Position numbers and translations under genes: made by a program
Assembly (NCBI GenBank): GCA_964016885.1
Contig: OZ024759.1
Coordinates: forward strand, 5,146,001 to 5,210,000
Origin: Eledone cirrhosa
Lineage: Eukaryota
Direction of reading: 5' to 3'
DNA: 64,000 nucleotides
Notes under the pieces: generated by a model
Told to the model about the DNA's origin: nothing
Databases searched by the model: none
What the model saw: the letters and a program-made list of their open reading frames with translations, nothing else
Shown here: one piece after another, positions 25,341 to 39,500 of the stretch
Layout: every line of letters begins with the position of its first letter
How positions within the stretch are numbered: the first letter of the stretch is position 1

Positions 25341-26878
25341 GTTGACACAACATTTAGTGGTTTGAAGTATGCTCCAATTTTCCTCCCTTTCACATCTTAA
25401 CACTCCACCCCCTTACCAGCTAAGTACACCACCCTGACCTACCTCTCCAATCCCCACTCTACATACACACAACCCCACCCCCACTTTCACATCTGATACA
25501 CCTCTCTTGACCAACCCATGTATACAAGTAAGGAAAGCTTAACATTATCTCCTCCAATGCTGCTGAAATGGCTAAAAGCCCTCAGGCAACCCTGTAAGGT
25601 GGTCATGCAGGTGTCATGACAAAAGAACACTGAGTCCTCTCTGTTAGGTAACATGACAAAAGAACACCTAACCCTCCCTGCAAGGTAGTCATGCTGATGA
25701 CATGACAAATAAGCACCCAGTCCACCCTGTGAGGTAGACATGACAGAAGGCCCCCTAGCCCACTCTGTAAAGTAGTCATGCTAGTGGCAAGACTGAAGGG
25801 ACCCGAAGCACCCTTCAAAGTGATCAAATTGGTGACATGACTTGACACCATTTTTTAGTTTACTTCTAAAATATCTCATTTTTATTTTACTTCTAAACTA
25901 TCTCATATATTTAAAAATTACTTATTTTAAAAAATTATTATTTATTTCTTAAAAAAATTACTTTTTAAAGATTATTTAAAATTTTTTAATATTTTTAAAT
26001 ATTTTTTTAATATTTTAAAACATTTTAAGTATTTTATTTTGTTAAAAGGGTTTTTTGAGTATCTTCTGAGATTAAAAAAAAATTTTTTTTTTAATTTTTC
26101 CAGAAATTTTTTCCAGAACTTTTAATATTTTAATATTTTTAATATTTTTTAATTATTTAATATTAGAGTTATAACCAATAACTAATTCTGGCTATATATA
26201 TCTTTCAACATTTATATCTTCGTCAAAATGGTCTCATACTAACTAATAAATAAACAAAGCTGGGTTTTTCAGTATCTTCCTAATTTAAAACATTAAAAAC
26301 ATATAAATAATCTTATTAACTCAGTTAATTTAATTACTTACACTAAATATAAACCAGTATCCCTCATAACTTATTAAAACAATTATCTATAACATGATAT
26401 AGCCATTTATCCACTCATATATCTATTCTTCTATCTATTGATTCTCCTATTTTCTACTTTATATCTATTTATTTTCAATTTATTATTCAATGTCTTTATA
26501 TATATTTATTTTTTCTATATATCTATTTTTCTATATACTTATAATAGTAAATATTATATTGTATTATATTAGAATTCTAACAATAATTAGTAAATATACG
26601 TAACATTAATATAAACGTAATACTTATTTACGTTACATGAGTTCATCCTCTATAAATGTCTTTCTTCTCTCTATCTCTCTATCTATCTCATAACAGTAAT
26701 TTTTTTCTCTCTCTTTCTTCTCTTTCTTCCCTATCTTTCCCCAGCGTAATTTAAATAAACGGTTGTTTTTTCAATTTTTCATACATTCATTTGCATATTC
26801 ACACATAACTTTGAATTACCCCTAATAAGTTTCCCTTATCCAGCGAATTTCCGACCGTTATTTATAAAACAAATTTTG

Positions 26879-26943
26879 TATTTTATCTGATGAAAGAGCA
26901 CCAAGATTGACTTGGTCGCCCTTGAAATATATATAATAAAATA
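26879..26943 (+). ncRNA. Minimal type I hammerhead ribozyme motif
   Basis: UAUUUUAU-CUGAUGA-AAGAGCACCAAG(auuga)CUUGGUCGCCCUU-GAAA-U(AUAU)A-UA^AUAAAAUA. Confidence 0.7.
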
Positions 26944-28118
26944 AATATGCAAAAGTTCTATTTAAATTGTTGGGATACAACAAGCAAATATGTTTATAAC
27001 TGATATAAAGCACTCAACAAGTATTTGGAATAAACATACGATATTAACAATCCTTTTGTATTTTATGTACTCAATTATATTATGTACTATATTGATTTAT
27101 ACTTCTCTCTATATGTGAGTATATATGTATATGTGTATATTGACATACATGTACATGTGTTCTATGCATTTTTATGAATATATTGACATACATGTACATG
27201 CGTTCTATGCATTTTTATGAATATATTGACATACATGTACATGCGTTCTATGCATTTTTATGAATATATGTCTGTCTGTATGTATGCATGCGTGACGCGA
27301 ATCTACCAATTGGCCGAGGATGCACACACATGTATATATATGTATATGTAAGAATTGTGTGTGTACATGTACATGTATACCCATACAATTTGATTGCAGA
27401 TAGACATAACTAACAGCCATAAATGCATACCAGCTAATCTTATATATTTATATATATATATTAAAAACATTTTTTATAAAAAATATTTTATTTAATGACA
27501 CAAAGGATGGATAACATTAAATTAAAAATTCATTTATGCTTTGTATGTATATATTATATACGTGGTTAGATATGGTGTGTATTTTGTGAGTGTGTGTGTA
27601 TATATATATATTTATGTGTATTTTTGCGTGTGTGTACGTGTTATATGATATGTAGTTCTCTAGCAATATATAGATTTCTTAATGTTTAGATTCCAAGTTT
27701 TAATATATTGATCTCAATTTTTAAACTAAATATCTAATCATAGTTAAACAATGATTAATTTCTCATATTATGTATGTATATTCCATTCATGATTATTAAT
27801 ATTTCTAATTTTATTTATTCATTTCATCTCAATTGTTAAGTTAACTTAATATGACATGACTTAATGTGTTCATTCTTTCCCCCTCTCTCTATCTCTATAT
27901 TTTTCTCTCTGTCTGGTGTTTTGATATATCTCTCTCGTTTTTCTTTCTTTCTTTCTCCCTTTTCTCTCTCTCCGTCCTTTTCCTTATCTGTAACACAACG
28001 ACTTATTTTAAAAATACTAATATAAGTAAACAACTCCACTATCCCTGAGTCTTCCAAAAGTAACGGTTGCATTTTGTAAGGGTATGTCAATATTTATTTA
28101 TAAAACTGTTATATATTG

Positions 28119-28183
28119 TATTTTGTCTGATGAAAGCATACCATAATTTAACATGGTATCCTCGAAATATGTATAATAAAATA
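28119..28183 (+). ncRNA. Minimal type I hammerhead ribozyme motif (relative of the 26879 copy)
   Basis: UAUUUUGU-CUGAUGA-AAGCAUACCAU(aauuuaac)AUGGUAUCCUC-GAAA-U(AUGU)A-UA^AUAAAAUA. Confidence 0.65.
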
Positions 28184-28635
28184 GATATGGTTTTATAAAT
28201 ATAGTTTCCATTTGTTAATATCGTATAATAAAATAAATATAGTTTTATAAATCATCATCACCGTTTTACGTCCGTTCTTCCATGCTAGCATGGGTTAGAC
28301 GGGTTGTCCTGTTGTGGGCAGTGTCTGGTCGGCTGACCATGCCTTGCTCATACAGAAACTGATTTTGGCTTTTCTACAGCCGGATGCCCTTCCTAACACC
28401 AACCTCATTTACAGTGAGTGTTGCGTGCTTTTTTCCGTGGCGCCCACACGTCCACTTTACAGTGTGGGCTGGGTGCTTTTTCTGTGTGGCACCTCCACGA
28501 CCACTTTGCAGTGGGAGGGTGTGGGGGCATATTGTCTATATGCTTCATCTTGAACCCATGGAAGGTCGGGTACTCTGTATTACTGCGTGACGCCAGAGGT
28601 CACGGTCGTGTGTCATCGCCTTTGAGAGGTGTGTG

Positions 28636-28676
<41 letters not shown>

Positions 28677-29791
28677 AATAAATTATCGAGAATCGGAATC
28701 TCGGCCCACGAAATAACGAAACACAATCTTCGAAAAGTGTAGCAAAGTGCTCAATAGTTTGGATAAACCAGAGCTATAACTAATATTTAAATACCAACAC
28801 ACTGAGATAATGCTTAAAATCATTCGCACAGCCGAAAAAACGACCAAGAAAATTCGGGTCAGACAAATAATAAATATATATATATATATTTTTTCTTTTA
28901 ACATATATGTGTATATAAAATATATACAGGAACTCCCCAAAAATGTATACACACTTCAACTACAGTCTATGTAAGTGTGTATATATTTTTGGGGGACACT
29001 GTAATATACATATCATTAAACGTATCTCCTACATGTGTATAAATAAATATACATGTATTTTATTAACAATTTTCTGTAGAATCTGTTAAACATGGAAGAA
29101 AATGTGGAGACTAAATAAAATTAACGTGTTGGTCACATTAACTTAATAATATAACTATATATTAATGAAATATGTCGAAATAAAAGTTGTAATTGTGACA
29201 AAAATATTGATTCGGTAGTTTATTATGACCAAGATTGAATATTTAATGGAATTAAGTGGAATTTATTAGGAAATAAGACAATAAAACAGTGAAATGTTGA
29301 GGTTAAAAGAGAGAAAAACAAAATGTCCTCTCTTTATAAACTTTAATGTGGTTGAATTAGTAGCGGCTCGGCTTACTAAACTCAGCTCTCTCAAGGGTTC
29401 GAATCTCACGTAGTTTACTATAGTGTCTACAGAGTTATCTCCTACTGCTTTTATATAGTATCACTGTTTATTGTAAAGAGGGCGCTACAATCATTTACTA
29501 GTGTGACCAATGGTTTGCAGTCTGGCTTACTAACGCCAGGACTAAAGTGTTACATGGTTCCAACCGGGCTGGTTCCTTAATTTTTAAAAAGAGTTATCAC
29601 CCATAGTCTTTCAGAGATTCCTCGAAAGGTGGCGTGGCGATCTGCTTTCATGAGGAGTAGTAAGAGACAATAATATATGTAAGGAGGAGGAGTGAGAGAG
29701 ACAAAAACAAAACTGTGTTAATTCTCTCTCCCCCTCGCTTCTTTTACTCTATCTACCTGTTATGTCTTCATTTCACTGTTTTATTGTCTTA

Positions 29792-30119
29792 CTAGCAGTG
29801 TATCCCGGCGTTGCACGGGTAAGAACATTGGTAATAGCACCTCCAATGAGAAACCTTTATTTGTGAGTGCCTGTTAAAAACTCACAAACTGGACATGCTC
29901 ACCGACATCCAGAGTTGACACTGCACTCAGTGCTCCTGTGGGAGACTCTGCATGGACACACTGGAAGAGGAAGACTGAGGTGAACATATGTTGATGCCCT
30001 CAGGACAGACACTGGTCTGTTGGAGGTGCAGGACATGGCAGTGATAATGAGGGACAGAGACCCCTGGAGAGACCTCGCCTATGGTTCTTGGGAATTTTAC
30101 CCGTCCTAGGTAGATAGAT
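29792..30119 (-). mobile_element. Short non-autonomous Helitron
   Basis: Minus-strand 3' end CCCGTGCAACGCCGGG hairpin followed by CTAG|T; the 5' boundary is uncertain. Confidence 0.55.
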
Positions 30120-30146
30120 ATATTTGTATGTGTATATTTATATATA

Positions 30147-30217
<71 letters not shown>

Positions 30218-30286
30218 ATATGTGTTTGTATATGTATGTATATCTATACAAATATATAAAAATGAAATTGTGTGTGTGTGTGTGTC

Positions 30287-30482
30287 CTGATTTTTGCACC
30301 GCCAAGGAAGCACCAGAGATGTCGCAGCCTCAGGGCGTGTTTGTGCATCATCAGCCGCAGCATGCCAAGCCCTCCACGCAACGGGTGTTGACAGCAGATG
30401 AATAGTCTGACCATGGGAGCATGTCCCTTCCATAGAAAGCGGAAGAGGAGGTGCTCCATTTTTGTCAGAGTTGGGCCGGGGC
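30287..30482 (-). mobile_element. L1/Tx1-like LINE ORF2 fragment
   Basis: [26 protein letters not shown] motif, typical of the region after RT in L1/Tx1 elements. Confidence 0.6.
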
Positions 30483-30746
30483 AATATTTCCTAATTCCAC
30501 TTAATTCCATTAAATATTCAATCTTGGTCGAAATAAATATTTTCATCTGTGACGATCTGTACAACCAATAATAGTAGGAGTCACGTTACATGATATGTAT
30601 ATATATATACAGGATGTCCCTAAAATATGTATACACATTTACATAGACTGTAGTTGAAGTGTGTATACATTTTGGGGAGACCCTGTATATATTTTATTTA
30701 TATATATATATGTTAAAAGATGATTGATATATATATCTACACTCAA

Positions 30747-31136
30747 ATAAATTAATAAAATAATGAATAAACAAAGAAACAGTTCTTTATATTAAAAAAA
30801 TTCATCATTTTACGATCGTTTCTAGGATATATATGTGTTAGAGTTGGTATGCATATTCTATAGATCTATGTACAATATTTATAAAAACTATCAGAGGGAA
30901 TATACATACCTACACATATATATGCTGTCTTCAGAAATAATATTATTTCTGAAGACATCATATATATGTGTAGGTATGTATATTCCCTCTGATAGTTTGT
31001 ATAAATATTGTACATAGATCTATAGAATATGCATATCACCTCTAACACATATATATCCTAGAAACGATCGTAAAATGATGAATTTTTTTAATATAAGGAA
31101 CTGTTTCTTTGTTTATTCATTATTTTATTAATTTAT
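30747..31136. repeat. 390-bp spacer-less palindrome
   Basis: 195-bp arms centred at 30941/30942, with about 5 mismatches. Confidence 0.95.
30942..31079 (+). ncRNA. Type I hammerhead motif with 105-nt helix II (mirror copy on the minus strand at 30804-30941)
   Basis: AUUAUUU-CUGAAGA-[long hairpin 30956-31060]-GAAAC(GAUC)GUA^AAAUGAU; the base of helix II is mismatched. Confidence 0.6.
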
Positions 31137-32169
31137 CTTGACTCTGTTTTCCGTTTATTTTTCACCGAAAGTAGTTGTTGAATGCATCTTCTCTTTTCAT
31201 GATATCTGGATTACATTGAGTTCTTCATACGGATTGGACACTACCGTAAACTTTTGGTAGATTTATCTACATTCTACACTCAAATGTATATTTATATATT
31301 TATATATATATAAATATATATAAATATATTTATATATTTATATATAAATATATATATATATAAAGATATATATATATATATATATATAAAGATATATATA
31401 TACTTTTACGTGTATACATCTGAAAATGTATATATGGATGTAAACATATACGTAAACATACATGTTTACATATAGATGGACAGTTATACATATACAATAA
31501 CTTATTTCTATACATAAATATACCACAAGGCATGGTGCTGCCAACTAACCAGAGCTCCCTCATAATGGACCAGCTAGATCCCAAAATACAGGCCTGCTAG
31601 CCAACACACAGTCCCAATAAGTGCAAACTACAGCGCAGCTATCTGGACTGACTTCTCTTAAGACTACTCATTATCCCACTACATCTTTTGTATACTATAT
31701 ATATACTGTATATATACTGTTTATATATATATACACACACACATATAATTGTGTATTCACACATTATCTTAGTAATGAAATAATAATTTTAGTAAATTGT
31801 TCAAAATTCTTCATTAACCCTTTTGGTAGAAACCCAGCCAAAATAGGTTCTCCTTCTATGGAAATGGTTCCTATCTAAATTAAAGTCTTCCAACGAAATT
31901 CTATATAACAACCATATGTTAAGTTACTATGTTAGTAATTAACTAACAATTGTGATAAATAGCCCAACATTATTCATAATTAATTGAAATACAAGGTTCA
32001 TAATTATAATAAAATCTTCGAATAGGCTACGAAGCCGGTAAACCTTAAAGGTACGCAACACAAACATCGTTATAGCGTTTCACCAGGCAATTCCTTCCTC
32101 AATCATTACATAGATGTGTGTATGTAATAATTATTTTGTATTGTGTGTCTATTTATGAATATGTATGTG

Positions 32170-32605
32170 TAGATGTGTGTGTGTTGTGTGTGTGTAACCC
32201 AGTAGATGTGTGTATGTAACACAGTAGATGTGTGTGTATGTAACTCAGCAGATGTGTGTGTATGTAACTCAGCAGATGTGCGTGTATGTAACACAGTAGA
32301 TGTGTGTGTGTGTAACACAGTATATGTATGTGTATGTAACACACTAGATGTGTGTGTATATATAACACAGTAGATGTGTATGTAACACAGTAGATGTGTG
32401 TATATGTAACACAGTTGATGTGTATATATAACACAGAAGTGTATATAACACAGTAGATGTGTATATATAACACAGTAGATGTGTATATATAACACAGTAG
32501 ATGTGTGTGTATGTAACACAGTAGATCTGTGTGTATATAACACAGTAGATGTGTGTATATAACACAGTAGATGTGTGTATGTAACACAGTAGATGTGTAT
32601 GTAAC
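32170..32605. repeat. Variable ~21-25-bp minisatellite
   Basis: Unit TAACACAGTAGATGTGTGTAT(G/A). Confidence 0.9.
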
Positions 32606-33452
32606 TAAAGTGTAACGTACGTTACGAATGGACAACTAAAAGATTTTAACTTGTTTTTTAACAATTGATGGTAGAAACAAATTTAGATTGTCTCAATTCA
32701 GACCAGAAAGGGCCGCAACACACTTACCGGCTACATAGCCTCGGAGTCTATTTTACTGAGACCAGCTACATATCTTCTTCCTAAAATCTTCCAACATAAT
32801 TTTATACAAGAACCACATGTTAAGTTACTAATAAAATAATTAATAATTAAAAACTTCAGTAAATCCTTCAAATGATATCTCAGTAATGAAATAATTAATA
32901 ATTGTTATAAATACCTCAAAATTCCTCATTAATTAAACCCAAGACAGGTAAAAACTCCAGAGTCTTTCAATCGGACATGAAACAAATTAATTTCTAATGG
33001 AAGAAGTAAAGATTGTAAAGTCAGCCAAGGGAGATCACTCTCAGCGACTTATCGTAATTCTTGTTCCTGAATTAATCCGGATTAAAATATTCTGGTGTAT
33101 TTTGTGTGGAGGAAACCGGATTTAGGCGGTGATAGCACGCAATACATGAACGTATGGTTCGTGAGTTCGAATCCCATACCGGGTGGTCTGTACGTCGGGG
33201 CCTTGAACAAGACACTTTATTTCTCATTGTTTTATTTCACCCAGCTGGCAAAAATAATAAGTTGTAATAATTATAGTGGAAATGTTGTTACATAGAATTG
33301 TCACACTGAATCTCCCTGAGAAGAATGTCAACGGTATACGTGTCAATGAAATACTCAGACACATTATAATATAAGATGGGTTCTACATGTATTTCAAAGG
33401 GAAGTCATGCCATACGTCTTGCTGAATCTCCCTGAGAACTACGTATATACTA

Positions 33453-34228
33453 GTGACTATCAGACATAGTGTATCTAGGATTACATTATCTAATGTACAG
33501 TACAGTAGTTAGTATTAGTGGCTATAAGACATAGTATATCTAGGACTACATTATCTAATGTACAGTATAGAAATTAGTATTAATGGCTATCAGACATAGT
33601 GTACCTAGGACTACATTATCTAATGTACAGTATAGTGTCTATCAGACATAGTGTATCTAGGACTACATTATCTAATGTACAGTATAGTGGCTATCAGACA
33701 TAGTGTACCTCGGACTACATTATCTAATGTACAGTATAGTGGCTATCAGACATAGTGTATCTAGGACTACATTATCTAATGTACAGTATAGTGTCTATCA
33801 GACATAGTGTATCTAGGATTACATTATCTAATGTACAGTATAGTAGCTATTAGACATAGTGTACCTAGGACTACATTATCTAATGTACAGTATAGTGGCT
33901 ATCAGACATAGTGTACCTAGGACTACATTATATAATGTACAGTATAGTGGCTATCAGACATAGTGTACCTAGGACTACATTGTCTAATGTACAGTATAGT
34001 GGCTATCAGACATAGTGTATCTAGGACTACATTATATAATGTACAGTATAGTGGCTATCAGACATAGTGTACCTAGGACTACATTATCTAATGTACAGTA
34101 TAGTGGCTATCAGACATAGTGTACCTAGGACTACATTATATAATGTACAGTATAGTGGCTATCAGACATAGTGTACCTAGGACTACATTATCTAATGTAC
34201 TATATAGCAGTTAGTAATTGTGGCTATC
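33453..34228. repeat. 52-bp minisatellite, about 14 copies
   Basis: Unit GGCTATCAGACATAGTGTACCTAGGACTACATTATCTAATGTACAGTATAGT; the edge copies are about 65 bp. Confidence 0.95.
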
Positions 34229-34851
34229 ATTATTATAGACTTCAAGTCGGTAGAGGGTCAGACGCTATGCTTTCCAGCATAGTTACGTACCTTTACGATC
34301 TGAGTTCAAATCCCGCCGAGGTTGACTTTGTCTTTCATCCTTAGGGGGTCGATAAAATAAAGTACCAGTAATGCACTGGGTAATTGCTGGTCTTGTGCCT
34401 AAAGTAGAAACAATTATTATAGACTTCAAGTAAATCTTTGTCAACTTACCTCATTCACATATAATCAATGTGTTCTGTTGTTAGTTGTAACTAAACAACC
34501 AAAGAAATAATCTCTTTGTTATCAAATTAAAAGTTTCAAAGATGTTATCAGCTTTATTTCACGACATTAACGTTGGTGTATCTTCTTCATCTTTAGTCAT
34601 GAATTGATATCTTGTCAGAATGAAGTAGTGAGGCTGACTTTATGTCTTTAGCTACAGATTTGATAGGAAATATATATAGATTAGGTTGATATGTGGTCTA
34701 AAATATATATATTGTCTATAAATGACTGATAGCAGATGTTCTGGTGAAATAGTAGTTTTACTACTACAGATTGTAATGGAACTCTTAGTAGACACAATTG
34801 TAAAGTAAGAATAGATATGACAGTGTAAGACTGATGTCGGGGAAATAAACT

Positions 34852-34892
<41 letters not shown>

Positions 34893-36009
34893 GTTACACA
34901 AGATATAATTAGATTAATTAAAGTTATAATTGTTTCTACTTTAGGCACAAGGCCAGCAATTACCCAGTGCATTACTGGTACTTTATTTTATCGACCCCGT
35001 AAGGATGAAAGGCAAAGTCAACCTCGGCAGGATTTGAACTCAGATCGTAAAGGGACGTAACTATGCTGGAAAGCATGGCGTCCGACCCTCTACCGATACT
35101 GCCAATTCACCGCAATGAAGGCAGCAGGTACTCGGTGTCGTTGTGCATGTTTCAACTCTCTTCCTGGTGTCATACGTTAAAAGTCCCTGATATAATTTAA
35201 TACCTTCAGACACAGTTCCAATCGTTTTTAGTTTATTGTAAATCAGAAAGTATCACTCAATAAAATATCAATTATATATCAATAAGAAAACCTCTAGGTA
35301 GTCTCACTGACTGCTAGAAATAGCAGCGATATTACCCATTACAACTGCTCTCTCTCTCTCTCTATATATATATACACACATATATGTACGTATGTATGTA
35401 TATGTGTATATATGTGTATGAATGAGTGTGTATGTGTGTATATGTGTACATAGGGTTTTGGTATATGTACGTTTGGTGAACATATGTGTATTTACCTGTA
35501 GGAATGTGAGTGTGCGTTCTATACGCATTTATGCGTGTATATTTATATATGTATTTATAATTATATGTATATATACACACACAAACATATATTTATATGT
35601 GTATTTGGTGCATACAATCGTATGTGTGCGGGTATATGTGTTGCGCCGGTTTACGTCCGTGCGCGCCTGTTTATGTGTACGTATATGTATATGCATGCAT
35701 GCCGTGAGTTTTCGCATATGCTCATGTATAAATGTGTGTATGTATATATTTAATTATTATTACTTTTATGATTTTAATAACATCTGTCATTTTCGTTCAA
35801 CTAATTTATTTACATTATTCTGGACTCCGAAGCCGAGCATCATTCAGTTTCCTTAATAGAATATTAGTCTACGACTCCATTTACACCATAAAGGTGGTTT
35901 TGTCTTTACGTGTAATTGTTGTCACCGCTCCACATAACGACGTATTATCTTCTTTTTCCCGTTCATTGCCAGAGAATGTCTTCACGAATCAAAGCATAAA
36001 TTATTTTCC

Positions 36010-36573
36010 CGAGCTGACGTACCCAGCTTCGCCCGGGTAAACAGATGATAAAAGAAAAGGTCCCTATTTACTCCCTTCACAACTCTGTATGTTAGACTGA
36101 CAGACAGGCACACAGACAGATAAACTGCGTGGCGATTGTGGAACGCCGCACGTATACACACATACACGCACACAAACTTACACACGCACCCGTGCACTTA
36201 CACACACGCACACACTCACACATGTTGATAGTTTTTACTTTCTGTGGAACGCTGCACGCACGCACACATACATAAACATACGCGCACGTACATACACACG
36301 CACACGTGTTAATAGTTATTGCTTTCCTTCCCCTCTTATTTCCACACACATCACACACACACACACACGTCTCTACACTGACACATATACATAGTGTATC
36401 CAACACAGCGTTCACTTTGCCTCTCTCCGCCTCTCACTCTCTCATTGGCATTATACATATTAATTTAAGTTTGGCGTAGTTGAGGTGGGCGGAGTCGTTT
36501 GAAACCTATGAACCAATGATAATCGAGAATTATGACACATGGAATATTGACATTGTTGAAATTAATATATAGA
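36010..36573 (-). mobile_element. Non-autonomous Helitron derived from the neighbouring large element
   Basis: 5' TCTATATATTAATTTC; body homologous to 42007-42415; 3' hairpin with degenerate CTCG end. Confidence 0.8.
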
Positions 36574-39500
36574 CTAGCTGACGTACCTAGCTTCGCCCGG
36601 GTAAACAGATGATAAGAGAAGACAGGTAAAAGAGAAAATGTCTGTATTGGATGTTTGTCTGGTTACAGTGTGAGGCGAGTCCGTGTTGTCTGTGTGATAC
36701 AAAAAAACAGTAAAAATAATCTTCCAGATATACCAGATTCTTCGTCGTGCGGTTTGTGCATAGTATATGAACAATTCTAGGTGCTCCCACCTAGAATAGT
36801 GACCTCTAGGAGATGGTTCCTCTTCTGCCTGACTGGAAAACGTGTATCATTGCATAGACGTGGTTGTTCCACGTTTCTCAAAAGGATGATGGAAGTTCCA
36901 ATCTTTTATATTATATGTAGATATAGATATAGATAATTAATAAAAAAGATGTCCGTCAATGTAAAGAAGGTCCCTATTTACTTGAAATGGTTTATACAAA
37001 TGCCAAATTAATATGGATATGGATAACATGCTTATCTATAAGTGGTCAGCTATAATAATAAAACAACAAATTATATGACACAAAAATTTATTCAGTAATT
37101 TCCAGGCTCTTAGCCACTGAGTAATAGACAGTCAATATTGCCCAGAGTTCAACTCGGGGAGGTGGCCTGGTTTGAACTCAAAATGGCGGATCCTTCTACT
37201 TCGAAAATAGAATCGTTTTTCAATATTACTCTAGCCCTGGCCGGCCATAGGCACCAAACTTTTTGCCAGACTCAGCATATGATGAGGTTTTATTACCACT
37301 GCAATCAGAAGCGATAAATTTGAAGGCAATTTCTACCAATACTTGTTGGTTTTTATTGCTCATTATCGACAATAAATGACATTGGACATAAATGATAACT
37401 CTGCCAAAGCTCACAATACAGATGAAAGGAAACCAATGTCCGAATCATATACGTCGCTTATTGATAGCTTTAAAGATATGCATACATCAGCTCAAAGCTT
37501 CATTATAGACAATATTTAGGTTTGTTACTCTGTTAGTGGTATCAATTGCAAATTTTATACCATCAGGATCGCACACTCGAGATGCAGCAACATAGAGTTG
37601 CCCATGGCTGAATGCTGGATCATTCAAGTAGACACCGACTCGCTTGAAAGTCTGTCCCTGTGCCTTGTTGACAGTCATGGAGAAGGCCAAATTGACGGGA
37701 AACTGTCTCCTTTGCCAAATAAATGGCAGCAGATCTTCACTTGGTCTCAGCATGATCCTCGGAATGAGAACCGATTCCTCTCTGCCTGGGAGTTTAGCTT
37801 CTAAAACTCTTCCGTTAATCAATCTCTCAACAATCAATCTGGTACCATTGCAAAGACCCATTTTATGATTGATATTTCTAAGCAATATAATCGGCAAACC
37901 CTTTTTCAACCTCAAAATATGTGGGGGAAATCCGGGTATTTGAAGTGAATTCAGATACTCAGTCGGAACATCCATACTGTTCTGCTGATTAGGCTCCATT
38001 GCATACGCACTGACGGTCAACCATTCCTCTCCAGGAAACATTCCGGCTACTTGTGAATTTATTTCATCGACCGTTGTATTCGTATGAGTTAGAATAACAT
38101 GTTCCGATATCCAGGAGATATTCTGCCAAAAAGCATTCAAATTAGGGAACACCCAGTCAATCAAGCCTTGGCGGTCCAGTGGCATGACCAAATGGTCTGG
38201 GATTCATACAGTCTGATTATCACCAACGTGTGGCAATTCATCGTTTCCCAACTGCATCAACCATCGGCCGTATGTCTCAGCCTCTTCGTTTTGCCCGAAC
38301 ATAGGAAGTCGCATATTATCGTGTAATCGCAAAACTCTGAAATGGCCCCACAACGGGGACTTTTTCAGACATGCATCGACAATTTGCGCTCTTTGAGCAT
38401 TCCTAACAATTGGTAGCACCTGTCTGAAATCGCCACCAACAACGATAGTCTTACCACTGAATGGCAGGTCACTACCGCAGATATCTCTCAAAGTTCTGTC
38501 CAATGCCTCCAGCAAATATCTGTGTGCCATTGGAGCCTCGTCCCAAATAATCAGAGACGTATTGCGTATAAGGCCCGCGAGTTCACTTTGTCCTGTAATA
38601 TTACAGACACTCAACTCATCTGGAGCCAATGGAGCCTTGAAGCATGAGTGGAAGGTCCTTCCACCACTCAGCAAAGTGGCAGCGATGCCCCTGGTGGGCA
38701 CAGGGAGAGCAATCTTCCTCTGAGCTCTGACTGCCGATAACATAGTGTTGAAACAGAATGTCTTTCCGGTGCCTCCTGGAACATCTATGAAAGCACAAAG
38801 TTGCTCATTAGTGGAAATCGAGTGGAGAGCGCCATCGACCAATTCTCTGTGAGATTGGGTCAACATTGGCATACGTTCATCCACAATACGTTGCTGTTCC
38901 AGTGGATCAAACTGGAATAGTTCCCTCCGATCGAGTGGCAACCGTCTAAGCTGCAATCTCATGTTCAATGCTAAGACACGTTGCCGCATTTCTTCATCAG
39001 GAATTGGCAAATTGAAATCTGTTAAACATTTCAAATGAACTTCGAGCAGTTGCTCAATATTGAGCAAAACAATAGCCTTCATCAAATGTTCATCATAGAC
39101 CTGAAGATGGTGCCTAAAATCATCAGCCATAATTCCCCAATGGCGTTCAAATAACTCTCTTGGATCGGCAGGATTGCAGAATCCTAGAATCGTGACAAAC
39201 AACTGCCATATTCGAGCTGGCATCTGTGTTGTTCCTGCAGCTTCCATGGCGTTATTCCATTCAGCGTCATCCTGAAGGAGTCCCAGATGCTGACACACAG
39301 CCTGGTATCTTTTATATTCCACGCCATTGATTGTTTTCAAATCAGCGAAGCTCTGTTTACCTCTCGAAAAATCACTATGCAACAGAATTCGGAGATAAAA
39401 CACATCACCAGATGCTGGATGGACATTACAAACCCGTCCAATAGTCATGAATCTCAACTTTTGTTTTCTATCATTCCATTTCTTTCCCTTCTTATCCCAC

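Noticed and set aside
25860-26620. Extremely AT-rich tract as a mitochondrial insertion or origin
   Set aside because: No recognisable mitochondrial gene or tRNA is present; it is low complexity only.
32106-32635. ORFs with YIHI/THT repeats (also 35304-35856 and 46516-47748)
   Set aside because: They are microsatellite and minisatellite translation artefacts.
34450-34651. Possible internal coding exon on the minus strand (AG...GTAAGT)
   Set aside because: It has stops in all three frames, so it could only be a UTR or first exon; not called as CDS.
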